This document shows, piece after piece, positions 41,870 through 54,000 of a DNA stretch of 64,000 nucleotides (its first letter is position 1; every line of letters starts with the position of its first letter). Made by a program: the position numbers and the translations under genes. The notes beneath the pieces are model-generated. The model was not told the origin of the DNA and did not search any database. It saw only the letters and a list, made by a program, of their open reading frames with translations. Source of the stretch: Neoechinorhynchus agilis. Taxonomy: Eukaryota; Animalia; Acanthocephala. The stretch spans positions 2,948,797 to 3,012,796 of the forward strand of contig CM121342.1 in assembly GCA_051530055.1 (NCBI GenBank). The letters are read 5' to 3'.

Positions 41870-42065
41870 TAATTCAGGCACTTGGGAAGCGCTCAGCCGC
41901 ACTCGAAGGGACAGAGCCAACCCTCCTCTGGGGCCAATGGGCGATCTCAAAACTGATCTCTACCCTTCCAGTAACCTCACAACCCCCGTGGAATCCAGCG
42001 ACCATTGGATTTGAACCATCGACATATCGAGCGCATTATGAACGTGCACCACTGGGCCCCAATTC
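41870..42065 (-). mobile_element. tRNA-derived SINE-like element
   Basis: Minus strand: A-box-like ggggcccagtgg (42049-60) and B-box ggttcaaatcc (42007-17) at tRNA spacing, followed by a non-tRNA body. Confidence 0.45.
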
Positions 42066-42671
42066 AAAATATCAGTTAAGAAGGTTAACAAAGATTCGTG
42101 TTCTGATTTAAGCTGCAGATGACGTCATCCAAAAAATTGATTTCTTTAATTTAGCGCTATGTATACGGAAGAAACATAATAATTTATAAAAATGACACTA
42201 GAAATCTGAGCCGTTCGATTTGTTTAATATCGATTGGTCGTGATAGTTCTTATACTTTTACTTGATTATTTTACGCTACTTTTTAGTTGTTGGCTGTATA
42301 CGCTTGTGATCCACATTTAATCGACATTTCGCTTTATTTGCACAGTGCAGACTTAGAAAAGCAACGGTTTTTCTCATTATTTTATCAAATAATGCGAGTG
42401 CAGGAATCAACGCTTAGTTTATCGTTCACAAACGTATTCAATCGTCGATGAAAAAATCGGATTCTAATACGATCATTTCTTGGTTGTTACACTGAAGACG
42501 ACTATTTGAATTTGCGACGACGAATAATTTGGTGGAAAGAGTTATATTTAAGAATTAAATTCGACCAATCACACAATGAAACGTTGAAAGCTTAAAATTA
42601 AAAGGTTTAAAATAAACCAATCGCACGGCAGCATTTTCTAGAAAACGACTTTGGATTCTTAACGAAAAACA

Positions 42672-43422
42672 ATGAAGTTGCGGCAGTTAGAAAGTAAACT
42701 TCAGAATGTTCAATTATTCGACTCGTGTAGCAGTCGTAAATTGGAACAATACTCCACTCCTCCTGATTTGGCAGGTTTTCACCCCTTCACACATAACCAC
42801 ATTCGATGTGATCAATAGCCCGATTGCTGCATTCCATACGGGAGACGGATTTACGAGAATCGGACACTATTGCTGATTTTGGTTGTGGGACTGGAATACT
42901 AGGAATCGGCTTAGGTCTTCTAGGAGCTAAATATATTGTGGGATTCGATATTTGTCCATTCGCGTTGGAACAAGCAAAGACGAACGCCTATAACGTATTG
43001 GACGATCAAGATGTCTGTATCGATTTTGTTCTTTGTGATTTAACTTGCGGATTGCGTGGATCTTTTGACTTAATTGTGATGAATCCTCCTTTCGGCACTT
43101 ACAGCCCTGCAAATGGCGTAGATTTGGCGTTTTTAAAAGAAGCTCTAAGATGTTCTCGGAGTTCCGTTTATTCTTTCCACAAGACCTCGACGAGGAAGGT
43201 GAGATCCTCATCCATTCTTTGTTCAAAAACATTAAAATTTAGTTCGTAGTCCAAAAGGGATACGAGTTCGGCTCCGTGAACGTCGAACCGATAGCTACTC
43301 TGGAGTTCCCAATCGAGAAAATCAACAGATACAAAAAACGACGAGGAAACGAACTACATAATTACCCACTAAAACTCATAGAAGTCGACGTTATCCGATT
43401 CGTAAAGAAAAATGACGATTAA
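42672..43422 (+). CDS. METTL5: rRNA N6-adenosine methyltransferase METTL5-like; three exons (42672-42774, 42819-43198, 43243-43422)
   Basis: MKLRQLESKLQ..LEQYSTPPDLA, IADFGCGTGILGIG, VMNPPFG, HKTSTR, IEVDVIRF. Two 44-nt GT-AG introns give an open frame. Confidence 0.9.
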
Positions 43423-43659
43423 GTCGTGTGGTGAAAGCATTATAACATTCTGTATTTACGTTTGTTCCTTAAAGACAAAATCCCACAGATCAATGGTTCC
43501 CAACGATAATCATGGTATCCACAAAAACCCTCCCCTGATTAGAGTTTTTAGCATGTATTTGAAAATGCTTCCACCAATCAAATATTTTCAACTTTATATT
43601 CAACCGTCGTTATCGGCCGTAAACATTCTAGCTTCTTTTATCTCATCTACTCGATGATC

Positions 43660-44450
43660 CACATTTGACTTCTGCAGAGCCTGTATGCTTCGAAAGAGTG
43701 CATTTCATTGAAGATGACACGAATCAAATGATTTACTCCTTTATGAGTAAGAAGGTTGGAATTCGTCTATACAATACTAAAGGAATCGCTCTCAGAAGCA
43801 CATTCAAGAAGAAGGGTAAAATTGAGCCGACTAATGGGATCAATAGAATGCACTGTGAACAGTTTGATAAAGTCTAAATAGGAGAAACGACACAGGACAT
43901 CAAGAAGAGGGTCGCTCAACATAAGCAAGCCTGCAGTCGATTTGAGCATTCGTCGGCAATCTCTAATCAAGAGACATGTAAGCATCGATCGGATTTTGGT
44001 GGCACCAACTTTATAGAAATAGAGCAAAACTTAAAAAGAAGGCTTCTTTTGGAAGCCTTACACATCGCTGTGTCCAACACAATGGAAGGAAATAAAGCTA
44101 ATTTTAGCTTGAAACTTCCCCCCAGAGACGTGTTAAAAATCAATACTAAAATCATGGAAAAACATAGTATAGCGCAGGGGTTCGAGCTGATAATTGGCCC
44201 GAACTTCGGATCTGGCAATCCCGCGTACTCGAGCTTAAAACCTTAAGGTGAAAAACGTATTTTTAGATGATTGATGAGACGAGGTTATCTCGCGAAATAT
44301 CTCCAATAAATCAAATATGCTATTACCGGGGGAATATGTTCACCAAAATTATAATTTGGCTAACCCGAAGGATTTTTCTATCGATGATATACGTAAATGT
44401 TCTATAAGTTGATAATCCTCTGTGGTAGGACTAAAAACAACCTTTCCGAA
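43660..44450 (+). mobile_element. Penelope-like element 3' part: linker, GIY-YIG, pLTR with hammerhead-like core
   Basis: GINRMHCEQFDKV*IGETTQDIKKRVAQH...RRLLLEALHI; downstream sequence is homologous to 37200-37330. Confidence 0.75.
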
Positions 44451-44786
44451 ACGCTTACCGAAGAGCGACAATGATTTGTATAATCTGATATTGAGGCTAG
44501 AATTCTGATTGGTCCGACATTGAGGGAAATTTTCACAAAACCGGACAGTTAGGAGACATCTAAGTTCTTCGTTTTTCCGATATGAAAGGTATTTCTTTAC
44601 ATTCTTCTGTGCGAATGTAAATGTCTCCACATTGTCTTCTTGGCTTGGCAAACTTCTTCATTTTTACTCGTCTTCATGGTTTAGACTCGCGAATGGGTCA
44701 ACAGTTTGAAGAGTTTTCCCCCTTCAATATTACGGCCCTTATAAAGAAAATTGTGTCTCTTTTAGACTCCTCAATACCATCTAAGA

Positions 44787-46663
44787 ATGGATCCGGATGT
44801 TCTAGCTGAGGATTTGACGCAAAAACTCGTCCTAAGCTCAGAAGGCGCTCCATTGGTCTACGATTTGAACACAATCTCATCAGCTGTCAAGTTTGACACG
44901 ATTTATTCTCTTATAAGGGACATATCGACTCTTTCGACGATAGATGTCGGGAAACCAATCTTAACCCGCGCTCGGATTCACACGAGTCGTCTTAAAGGAA
45001 AACAATGCTTCTTAGTTCTTCGAGTAAAATTCGCAACTTGTCAAGCTGTTTGCAGTGTCCAACCGGAAAAGATATCAAAGCAATGTCTTCAGTTCCTCGC
45101 TAAAGTCCCTCGAGAAAGTGTAGTGGATGTTTATGCCACAGTACAAGCTACTCCCTTTAAAGTCAGCGGTTGCTCTCTTCAAGAAATTGAACTCCATATA
45201 AAACGTGTTCTCGTGATCAGTAGATCGGATTCTATCCTTCCTATGCAAGTGGACGATGCAATGAGACCTCTTGCTGCTGATCAGACGCTGGCTCACGTCA
45301 ATCAGGATACCCGTTTGGACAATAGGATCATCGATTTGCGTACGCCTGCTAATCAAGCCATTTATGCCATCGAAGCTGGAATTGTAAGGCTGTTCAGAGA
45401 ACAATTTGATCTTTACGGCTTCACCGAGATATTCACGCCAAAGATCATCGGAGCAGCCAGCGAAGGCGGCGCTAATGTGTTCCGCGTTTCGTACTTCAAA
45501 ACCGATGCTTTTCTTGCTCAGAGTCCTCAACTCTACAAACAAATGGCAATCGCGGGCGACTTTGAACGAGTGTATACAATTGGAGCCGTATTCCGTGCTG
45601 AAGAATCGTTCACTCACCGACACTTGACTGAATTCACTGGGGTTGATTGTGAAATGGCGTTCATGTATCATTATCATGAAGCTTTGCAAGTTTATGGAAA
45701 GATGTTCCTTGGACTCCTTTCAGCAATTGAACGCAAATATCAAAAGGAATTACAGATAATCTCGCAACAGTATCCATTTGAACCTTTTAGTCGGTTGTTT
45801 GGCCGTACTGATTTTTTGCATCGATTTGGCTTATTGTATGCTACAAAGCATTTCGACAAACGATCTTAAGTCCACGTTTTTCATGTAGATTTCTCGACTA
45901 ATGTTGCCTTATATTTCCGATTACTGCTTTTTGTTACAAAATTAAATTTTATATGGGAGTTACATACCTCCCAAAAAAATCATTTGAGTTTTTGCTATTA
46001 AATTTTTTATGTAAAATAATGATTTACGAACATGGTGAATTAAAGAGATAAAAAAGACCATAGGACCCGGGTTTATACTTGCGAAATACGTTAACTTTTA
46101 TGCCTATGGTGATTTTAAATCAATTAAATACTTTCTAACACATGCGTTAAACAACCAATGAACTGTCTAAGGAAAGTGATGGACCTCTTATAATTTGTTA
46201 TGACGAGGGAATAAGAATGTTGAAGGAAGACGGTGTGGATGTTGAATTCGGCGACGATCTCTCATGCACAAATGAAAAACACTTAGGAAATTTGATAAAG
46301 AAAAAATTCAACACCGATTTCTATATCCTCGACAAGTATCCACTTTCACTTCGTCCATTCTACACAATGCCCGATCCGAACGATGACCGACTCTCTAACT
46401 CATATGATATGTTCATACGCGGCGAAGAAATCGTCTCAGGTGCACAGCGTATTCATGATCCACAATTACTCCGAAAACGAATCGAAGCGAACGGAATCGA
46501 CCCAGAGAAATTGCGCGATTATATTGATGCATTTAGGTATGGATGTAGTCCACATGCCGGGGTCGGAATCGGCCTGGAACGAGTTGTCATGCTTTATCTC
46601 GGACTCGGAAATATTCGGTATACGTCGCTCTTCCCGCGTGATCCAAAGAGACTTCATCCTTGA
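44787..46663 (+). CDS. DARS1: Cytosolic aspartyl-tRNA synthetase; two coding blocks (44787-45789, 46170-46663), 498 aa when joined
   Basis: [98 protein letters not shown]. Confidence 0.97.
45790..46167. mobile_element. TA-flanked 378-bp insertion in AspRS coding sequence
   Basis: TA at 45788-89 and 46168-69; weak terminal inverted repeat (9/13). Removing it with one TA gives in-frame [14 protein letters not shown]. Confidence 0.6.
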
Positions 46664-46699
46664 ATAAACGGCTTAGAATAATACATAGAATCTTGTCTT

Positions 46700-49600
46700 T
46701 CTTCGGTAAGTCCAAAAGCAATCGACATTTTTTAATTTTTTTGAAGCTCGGCTACTTTCTGGTTTTATTTTCTAACGACCTATTTGTGTAGGATGCTGTT
46801 AAAATTTACTTTTGATTAACATTTGATCGACTGAAGTTAAACTCAATGATTTCGTTCGATGATGACAAACACAGACCTGTACTGAACATGATTTCTTCAG
46901 TGAGTCTGAGAACCGTTCATCAAAATTGTCCGGCATTCGTAGCGGCTAATCTCAACAAAAATTAGTCTGTGTTATTATCCGGACTATAAAAAGTTATTGC
47001 TTCTTAATCTCGTCTTTTTATGCAAGTCCAAAAGCAATCGACATTTTTTAACTTTTTGAAGCTCGGCTACTTTCTGGTTTTATTTTCTAACGACCTATTC
47101 GTGTAGGATGCTGTTTTACTTTTGATTAACATTTGATCGACTGAGGTTAAACTCAATTATTTCGTTCGATGATGACAAACACAGACCTGTACTGAACATG
47201 ATTTCTTCAGTGAGTCTGAGAACCGTTCATCAAAATTGTCCGGCATTCGTAGCGGCTAATCTCAACCAAAAGTTAGTCTGTGTTATTATCCGGACTATAA
47301 AAAGTTATTGCTTCTCAATCTTGTCTTTCTTCGGCAAGTCCAAAAGCAATCGACATTTTTTAACTTTTTTGAAGCTCGGCTACTTTCTGGTTTTATTTTC
47401 TAACGACCTATTCGTGTAGGATGCTGTTAAAATTTACTTTTGATTAACATTTGATCGACTGAGGTTAAACTCAATTATTTCGTTCGATGATGACAAACAC
47501 AGACCTGTACTGAACATGATTTCTTCAGTGAGTCTGAGAACCGTTCATCAAAATTGTCCGGCATTCGTAGCGGCTAATCTCAACCAAAAGTTAGTCTGTG
47601 TTATTATCCGGACTATAAAAAGTTATTGCTTCTTAATCTCGTCTTTTTTATGACAAGTCCAAAAGCAATCGACATTTTTTAATTTTTTTGAAGCTCGGCT
47701 ACTTTCTAGTTTTATTTTCTAACGACCTATTCGTGTAGGATGCTGTTAAAATTTACTTTTGATTAACATTTGATCGACTGAGGTTAAACTCAATGATTTC
47801 GTTCGATGATGACAAACACAGACCTGTACTGAACATGATTTCTTCAGTGAGTCTGAGAACCGTTCATCAAAATTGTCCGGCATTCGTAGCGGCTAATCTC
47901 AACCAAAAGTTAGTCTGTGTTATTATCCGGACTATAAAAAGTTATTGCTTCTCAATCTTGTCTTTCTTCGGCAAGTCCAAAAGCAATCGACATTTTTTAA
48001 TTTTTGAAGCTCGGCTACTTTCTGGTTTTATTTTCTAACGACCTATTCGTGTAGGATGCTGTTAAAATTTACTTTTGATTAACATTTGATCGACTGAGGT
48101 TAAACTCAATTATTTCGTTCGATGATGACAAACACAGACCTGTACTGAACATGATTTCTTCAGTGAGTCTGAGAACCGTTCATCAAAATTGTCCGGCATT
48201 CGTAGCGGCTAATCTCAACCAAAAGTTAGTCTGTGTTATTATCCGGACTATAAAAAGTTATTGCTTCTCAATCTTGTCTTTCTTCGGCAAGTCCAAAAGC
48301 AATCGACATTTTTTAATCTTTTTTGAAGCTCGGCTACTTTCTAGTTTTATTTTCTAACGACCTATTCGTGTAGGATGCTGTTAAAATTTACTTTTGATTA
48401 ACATTTGATCGACTGAGGTTAAACTCAATTATTTCGTTCGATGATGACAAACACAGACCTGTACTGAACATGATTTCTTCAGTGAGTCTGAGAACCGTTC
48501 ATCAAAATTGTCCGGCATTCGTAGCGGCTAATCTCAACCAAAAGTTAGTCTGTGTTATTATCCGGACTATAAAAAGTTATTGCTTCTCAATCTTGTCTTT
48601 CTTCGGCAAGTCCAAAAGCAATCGACATTTTTTAATTTTTTTGAAGCTCGGCTACTTTCTAGTTTTATTTTCTAACGACCTATTCGTGTAGGATGCTGTT
48701 AAAATTTACTTTTGATTAACATTTGATCGACTGAGGTTAAACTCAATTATTTCGTTCGATGGTGACAAACACAGACCTGTACTGAACATGATTTCTTCAG
48801 TGAGTCTGAGAACCGTTCATCAAAATTGTCCGGCATTCGTAGCGGCTAATCTCAACCAAAAGTTAGTCTGTGTTATTATCCGGACTATAAAAAGTTATTG
48901 CTTCTCAATCTTGTCTTTCTTCGGCAAGTCCAAAAGCAATCGACATTTTTTAATTTTTTTGAAGCTCGGCTACTTTCTGGTTTTATTTTCTAACGACCTA
49001 TTCGTGTAGGATGCTGTTAAAATTTACTTTTGATTAACATTTGATCGACTGAGGTTAAACTCAATTATTTCGTTCGATGATGACAAACACAGACCTGTAC
49101 TGAACATGATTTCTTCAGTGAGTCTGAGAACCGTTCATCAAAATTGTCCGGCATTCGTAGCGGCTAATCTCAACCAAAAGTTAGTCTGTGCACAGAACCG
49201 TTCATCTTCCATTAGCGGCTAACTCAACAAAATGTTATTATCCGGACTATAAAAAGTTATTGCTTCTTAATCTCGTCTTTTTTATGACAAGTCCAAAAGC
49301 AATCGACATTTTTTAATTTTTTTGAAGCTCGGCTACTTTCTAGTTTTATTTTCTAACGACCTATTCGTGTAGGATGCTGTTAAAATTTACTTTTGATTAA
49401 CATTTGATCGACTGAGGTTAAACTCAATGATTTCGTTCGATGATGACAAACACAGACCTGCTGAACATGATTTCTTCAGTGAGTCTGAGAACCGTTCATC
49501 AAAATTGTCCGGCATTCGTAGCGGCTAATCCAACAAAAAGAGCTGTGTTATATCCGACTATAAAAAGTTATTATCTCTTTTTTAGCCAAAGCAATGACTT

Positions 49601-50796
49601 TTTAATTTTTTTGAAGCTCGGCTACTTTCTAGTTTTATTTTCTAACGACCTATTCGTGTAGGATGCTGTTAAAATTTACTTTTGATTAACATTTGATCGA
49701 CTGAGGTTAAACTCAATTATTTCGTTCGATGGTGACAAACACAGACCTGTACTGAACATGATTTCTTCAGTGAGTCTGAGAACCGTTCATCAAAATTGTC
49801 CGGCATTCGTAGCGGCTAATCTCAACCAAAAAGTTAGTCTGTGTTATTATCCGGACTATAAAAAGTTATTGCTTCTCAATCTTGTCTTTCTTCGGCAAGT
49901 CCAAAAGCAATCGACATTTTTTAACTTTTTTGAAGCTCGGCTACTTTCGGTTTTATTTTCTAACGACCTATTCGTGTAGGATGCTGTTAAAATTTACTTT
50001 TGATTAACATTTGATCGACTGAGGTTAAACTCAATGATTTCGTTCGATGATGACAAACACAGACCTGTACTGAACATGATTTCTTCAGTGAGTCTGAGAA
50101 CCGTTCATCAAAATTGTCCGGCATTCGTAGCGGCTAATCTCAACAAAAAGTTAGTCTGTGTTATTATCCGGACTATAAAAAGTTATTGCTTCTTAATCTT
50201 GTCTTTTTTCGGCAAGTCCAAAAGCAATCGACATTTTTTAACTTTTTTGAAGCTCGGCTACTTTCTAGTTTTATTTTCTAACGACCTATTCGTGTAGGAT
50301 GCTGAAAATTATTTGATTCATTTGAGATGAGTAAACTCAATTATTTCGTTCGATGTGAAACACAGACCTGTACTGAACATGATTTCTTCAGTGAGTCTGA
50401 GAACCGTTCATCAAAATTGTCCGGCATTCGTAGCGGCTAATCTCAACCAAAAGTTAGTCTGTGTTATTATCCGGACTATAAAAAGTTATTGCTTCTTAAT
50501 CTCGTCTTTTTTATGACAAGTCCAAAGCAATCGACATTTTTTAATTTTTTTGAAGCTTGGCTACTTTCTAGTTTTATTTTCTAACGACCTATTCGTGTAG
50601 GATGCTGTTAAAATTTACTTTTGATTAACATTTGATCGACTGAGGTTAAACTCAATGATTTCGTTCGATGATGACAAACACAGACCTGTACTGAACATGA
50701 TTTCTTCAGTGAGTCTGTGAACCGTTCATCAAAATTGTCCGGCATTCGTAGCGGCTAATCTCAACCAAAAGTTAGTCTGTGTTATTATCCGGACTA
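46700..50796 (+). repeat. ~318-bp tandem array, 13 units, each with a C/D snoRNA
   Basis: snoRNA starts at 46854, 47164, 47482, 47801, 48117, 48436, 48754, 49072, 49435, 49724, 50042, 50348 and 50663. Confidence 0.97.
46854..46913 (+). ncRNA. SNORD25: Box C/D snoRNA, SNORD25/U25 (snR56)-like; first of 13 copies
   Basis: GTTC-G-ATGATGA (C box)...CACAGACCTGTA-CTGA (D')...ATGATT (C')...CTGA (D)-GAAC. 4-bp terminal stem. The guide is complementary to conserved 18S ACAGGUCUGUG, and CACAGACCUGUACUGA is the guide plus D' of human U25 as I recall it. Confidence 0.88.
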
Positions 50797-51004
50797 GGAA
50801 AATTTGTCGGTTGTTTTCTTTTTTATGTATTGTCTTATGAAAAAGCTTTTCAGTGGTTAAAAAAGTGGAAAAATCGGAACGGGCAATGTCTTTGATTTGC
50901 GTTGTGTTATTCGCTTTTTGATTTTTCGATTTAAGAAATGCTTTCACGTTTTGTGTTCCCATTTTCATTCCCTATCGCACTTCTTTTGCAAAGATAGCTC
51001 GTTT

Positions 51005-54000
51005 TTACTCATTAGTAGAACTTCTTGAAACACTTTTCGAGACATTGGTACTAATGCTCGCAATCATTGAAGAAATTGTTTCTTGTGAGTAGGATTTTCT
51101 AAGTGAGTGATGAATTTTCCTTAACGCCCTACTTGGCAAAAATTCAGTGTCGTTATTGGCTCGCCTGGTGATTGATTTGATTTCCGCTGCCGCAATGGAG
51201 GAAAACCGATCTTCTTTTTGATTTGTATACTCGACCAATGCTTGGTCCATGTTGTTTTCTGCGTACGTTTTCAAGAACTTGAGAGCACTTCTTTCAACTG
51301 CAGTGGGTACGCGATCGGTTGAAGAGCAGTCCATTCTGTCGACCATTTCAAGGTGTATCCGAGCAAGGTCTTGCCTATTTCCGACCTTCTCGAGAACTCC
51401 AGCGAGTTTTGCTAAAATCACTCGTTTATCGGACTCATCTATCACAGATGAACGATGCCGGAGTTAGAGTTTAGCTAAAAGCGATCTTTAAGCTTTGAAG
51501 CTATTACGCATTTTGTGATTTTCTTTATATAGAATTCCCCGACCCAAGGCTTCCGACATCGATCACCGGTCGGTAACATATAACACTTCCAATATGCATG
51601 ACGAGCCATATCGTACCTTCCACTGGCGACACAGATATCTCCTATGGCATTTAAGAACCGATGATCATCGGTTTTGATAGTGTGAGCATTAATATAATAA
51701 GGTAGACAATATTCATTGATTTTCATAAGTTCAAAGACATTGGCTAATCCGTACCATGCACGATAGTCAGATTTGTTTATCCGGATTGCACGCCAGTAGC
51801 AGAATAGGGCTGCTGTGAACTGGCGAAGTTCAATGAGCTCATGTCCACTCAATGTCCAGGCCCGAGAATAGAACGGGTTTACGTCTAGTGCCCGGTGGAA
51901 ATTGATGAAGGCGTTTTTGTTTTTCTTTAGAACACTGTAATAGTTACCGAGGACCACACAAGTTATGTGCCGAAGGGCGTCGGTTCTTCGACATTGCTGA
52001 GTCAATAAGGCTAGATTACTGCAGTCTTTAACAATGTAGGCCGAATATGCAAATGGGTTTTTTGAAAGTGATCTAAACGTTCCCCTAAAAAGCGCTCAAT
52101 ACACCGGAATTCGGAATGGCCTTCAAAATTTTATAAAATCTTTTCGCGTGCCCTGAATACGGTGAACGTCCCAAACATTTTAGAGCCAAGCAACCTGTTC
52201 AGGTTGGATGGTCGTCGTCCGGATGGCATCACCGTATTCCCGTGGCGAGAAGGCAAATGTTTTCTCTGGGAAGAGGTTTGTGATGCAATCCCCAGGCGAA
52301 GCGGCTACTGCCGCGGAGGACCGAAAAGTGGCGAAATATAGAGAATTAAGTAGGTCTCACGTTTTTGTACCCTTTGGAGTGGAGACTCTTGGTGCGCTCG
52401 ATAGCTCGGCACTTAGATTTACAAAGGAGTTATCGAGTAGACTCCAGGCTAAGACAGGAAATACAAGAGCTGGCGCCTTCCTACGCCAAAACATTGTGTG
52501 GTCGCGATCTAAAGAGGAAACGCAGCGAGTGTGGTCGCGACCACTGAGGGGAGCTCTTCTTAGTGGACGGTGGTGATTGTTGAAACGTTTTGTGGTTGTG
52601 TGCGTAAATGAAAGAGATGCTTTCAAAAAAATGGAAATTCAAGAAAAAGCTTCAATCACGGACAGGGTAAAATCCAGAAACATGCTATGAATAAAATATA
52701 TATTGTTATTAATTTATAAAAGCTCCGATGGGAATAATATTCAATTGCCTCGAAATCACTGATTTTCTGATAAAAATAGTTGACTGCCCTGGTTTCCTTT
52801 GTTATTGCGACTAACCAATGTCCAACCTTTGTTAAACATTCTGCTTGGTCCAACGGCACGTTTACAAAACGTAGAGTGACGAATTGAATTACTAATGAGA
52901 CCTTTTGGTGGTTAAGATCAAGTACAAAAACGGGCGACTGAACTTGTACAGAAGGCTTGGTAGTCCACATTTAGGTTTTAGAATCATTTCTTTGCGTTTT
53001 AGATTGTATTTAACTCTAATTTTCTTATTTCTCTAAGCAATTTTCTGAATTGGTAAAAATTCCTTTTTTTATCGAATGAGACGAGTAAACTTGTTTTCCG
53101 AACTGCAAATCCTTAGGAGACCATCATGAAACTCAAATGCATATCCGACTTAAAGGATATGGGAATATTGATCAGCTATTTCAATATCGTGTGGTTTTAA
53201 CATTGCATAGAACGTCTTCGCCTGATCGTGATGACCGCGTTCAACGGACCAAATAACTCGTAGTCGGCTCACAAAAGTGGACCTGTAGAAAATAAAAGAA
53301 GAATCAAACAGTGTCCGCACGACGGATGGATCGGTAGTGCGTCCGAGTCTTGTTAGGGCATCAATAGAATAAAGGTCGCAAGCCCAATGAGAGCCGAGAT
53401 TAAATCCGCCAAGATCACTTACTTTTTGAATGAGATCTCTTAATTTAATCCAAGCATCAAACATGAGTGGCATTTGTCGAATAGCCGAGCACAGGTGTTC
53501 AATGGCTAGGCTATCTTTTGCGAGGAGTTTATAGGCCAGTCCAAACAGAAGACTAAAGTAGGCGTTTTCACAATAAGGATCCTTGCTTAGCTCGTCCACA
53601 AAAGCGTTCAATTTATGCTGAAGAATGTTTGATTCATCCGATTCTCGAACGTACTCAACCCCATAGTTCCGTTCAATGTCCAGAAATGCTGCATAATTAC
53701 GAAGGAACCGGCAGATACTGGATTCGCAATCACGTAAAACAGCGGTGCCCAATCTTTCCTCTTTTCGTGGGGACTGCTTTCCACATTTAGATAAATTCTC
53801 TTATGTCTTCTGACAAGCCGGTTATATTAACTTAATGTTTGTATAATCCCTTATTCGGCTTTTTTCCTCCAAAAGCACACAGCCAACCGATATCCTGAAA
53901 CAGTCTAAGTGATTGGATCACTTCTCAGGAGATATCTGAGGATCCGGAGGGATCCGTTCAAACTCATAACCGCGAATGGTTCAGCAGGGCATTGAGTGTT

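Larger units (their letters stand above)
52039..53150. mobile_element. TA-flanked 1112-bp Tc1/mariner-type non-autonomous insertion (CDC23 junction 2)
   Basis: TA at 52037-38 and 53151-52; TIRs ggccgaatatgcaaatgggttt / aaactcaaatgcatatccgact (16/22). Confidence 0.8.

Noticed and set aside
45075-45689. 204-aa minus-strand ORF
   Set aside because: It is the antisense shadow of the AspRS coding sequence.
46888-46905. Second snoRNA guide matching 28S UGAAGAAAU
   Set aside because: Only 9 nt, overlaps the C' box and is not adjacent to the D box.
47198-50297. Repeated 68-87 aa ORFs (MISSVSLRTVHQ...)
   Set aside because: They are by-products of the 318-bp unit and start at the snoRNA C' box; the frame differs among copies.
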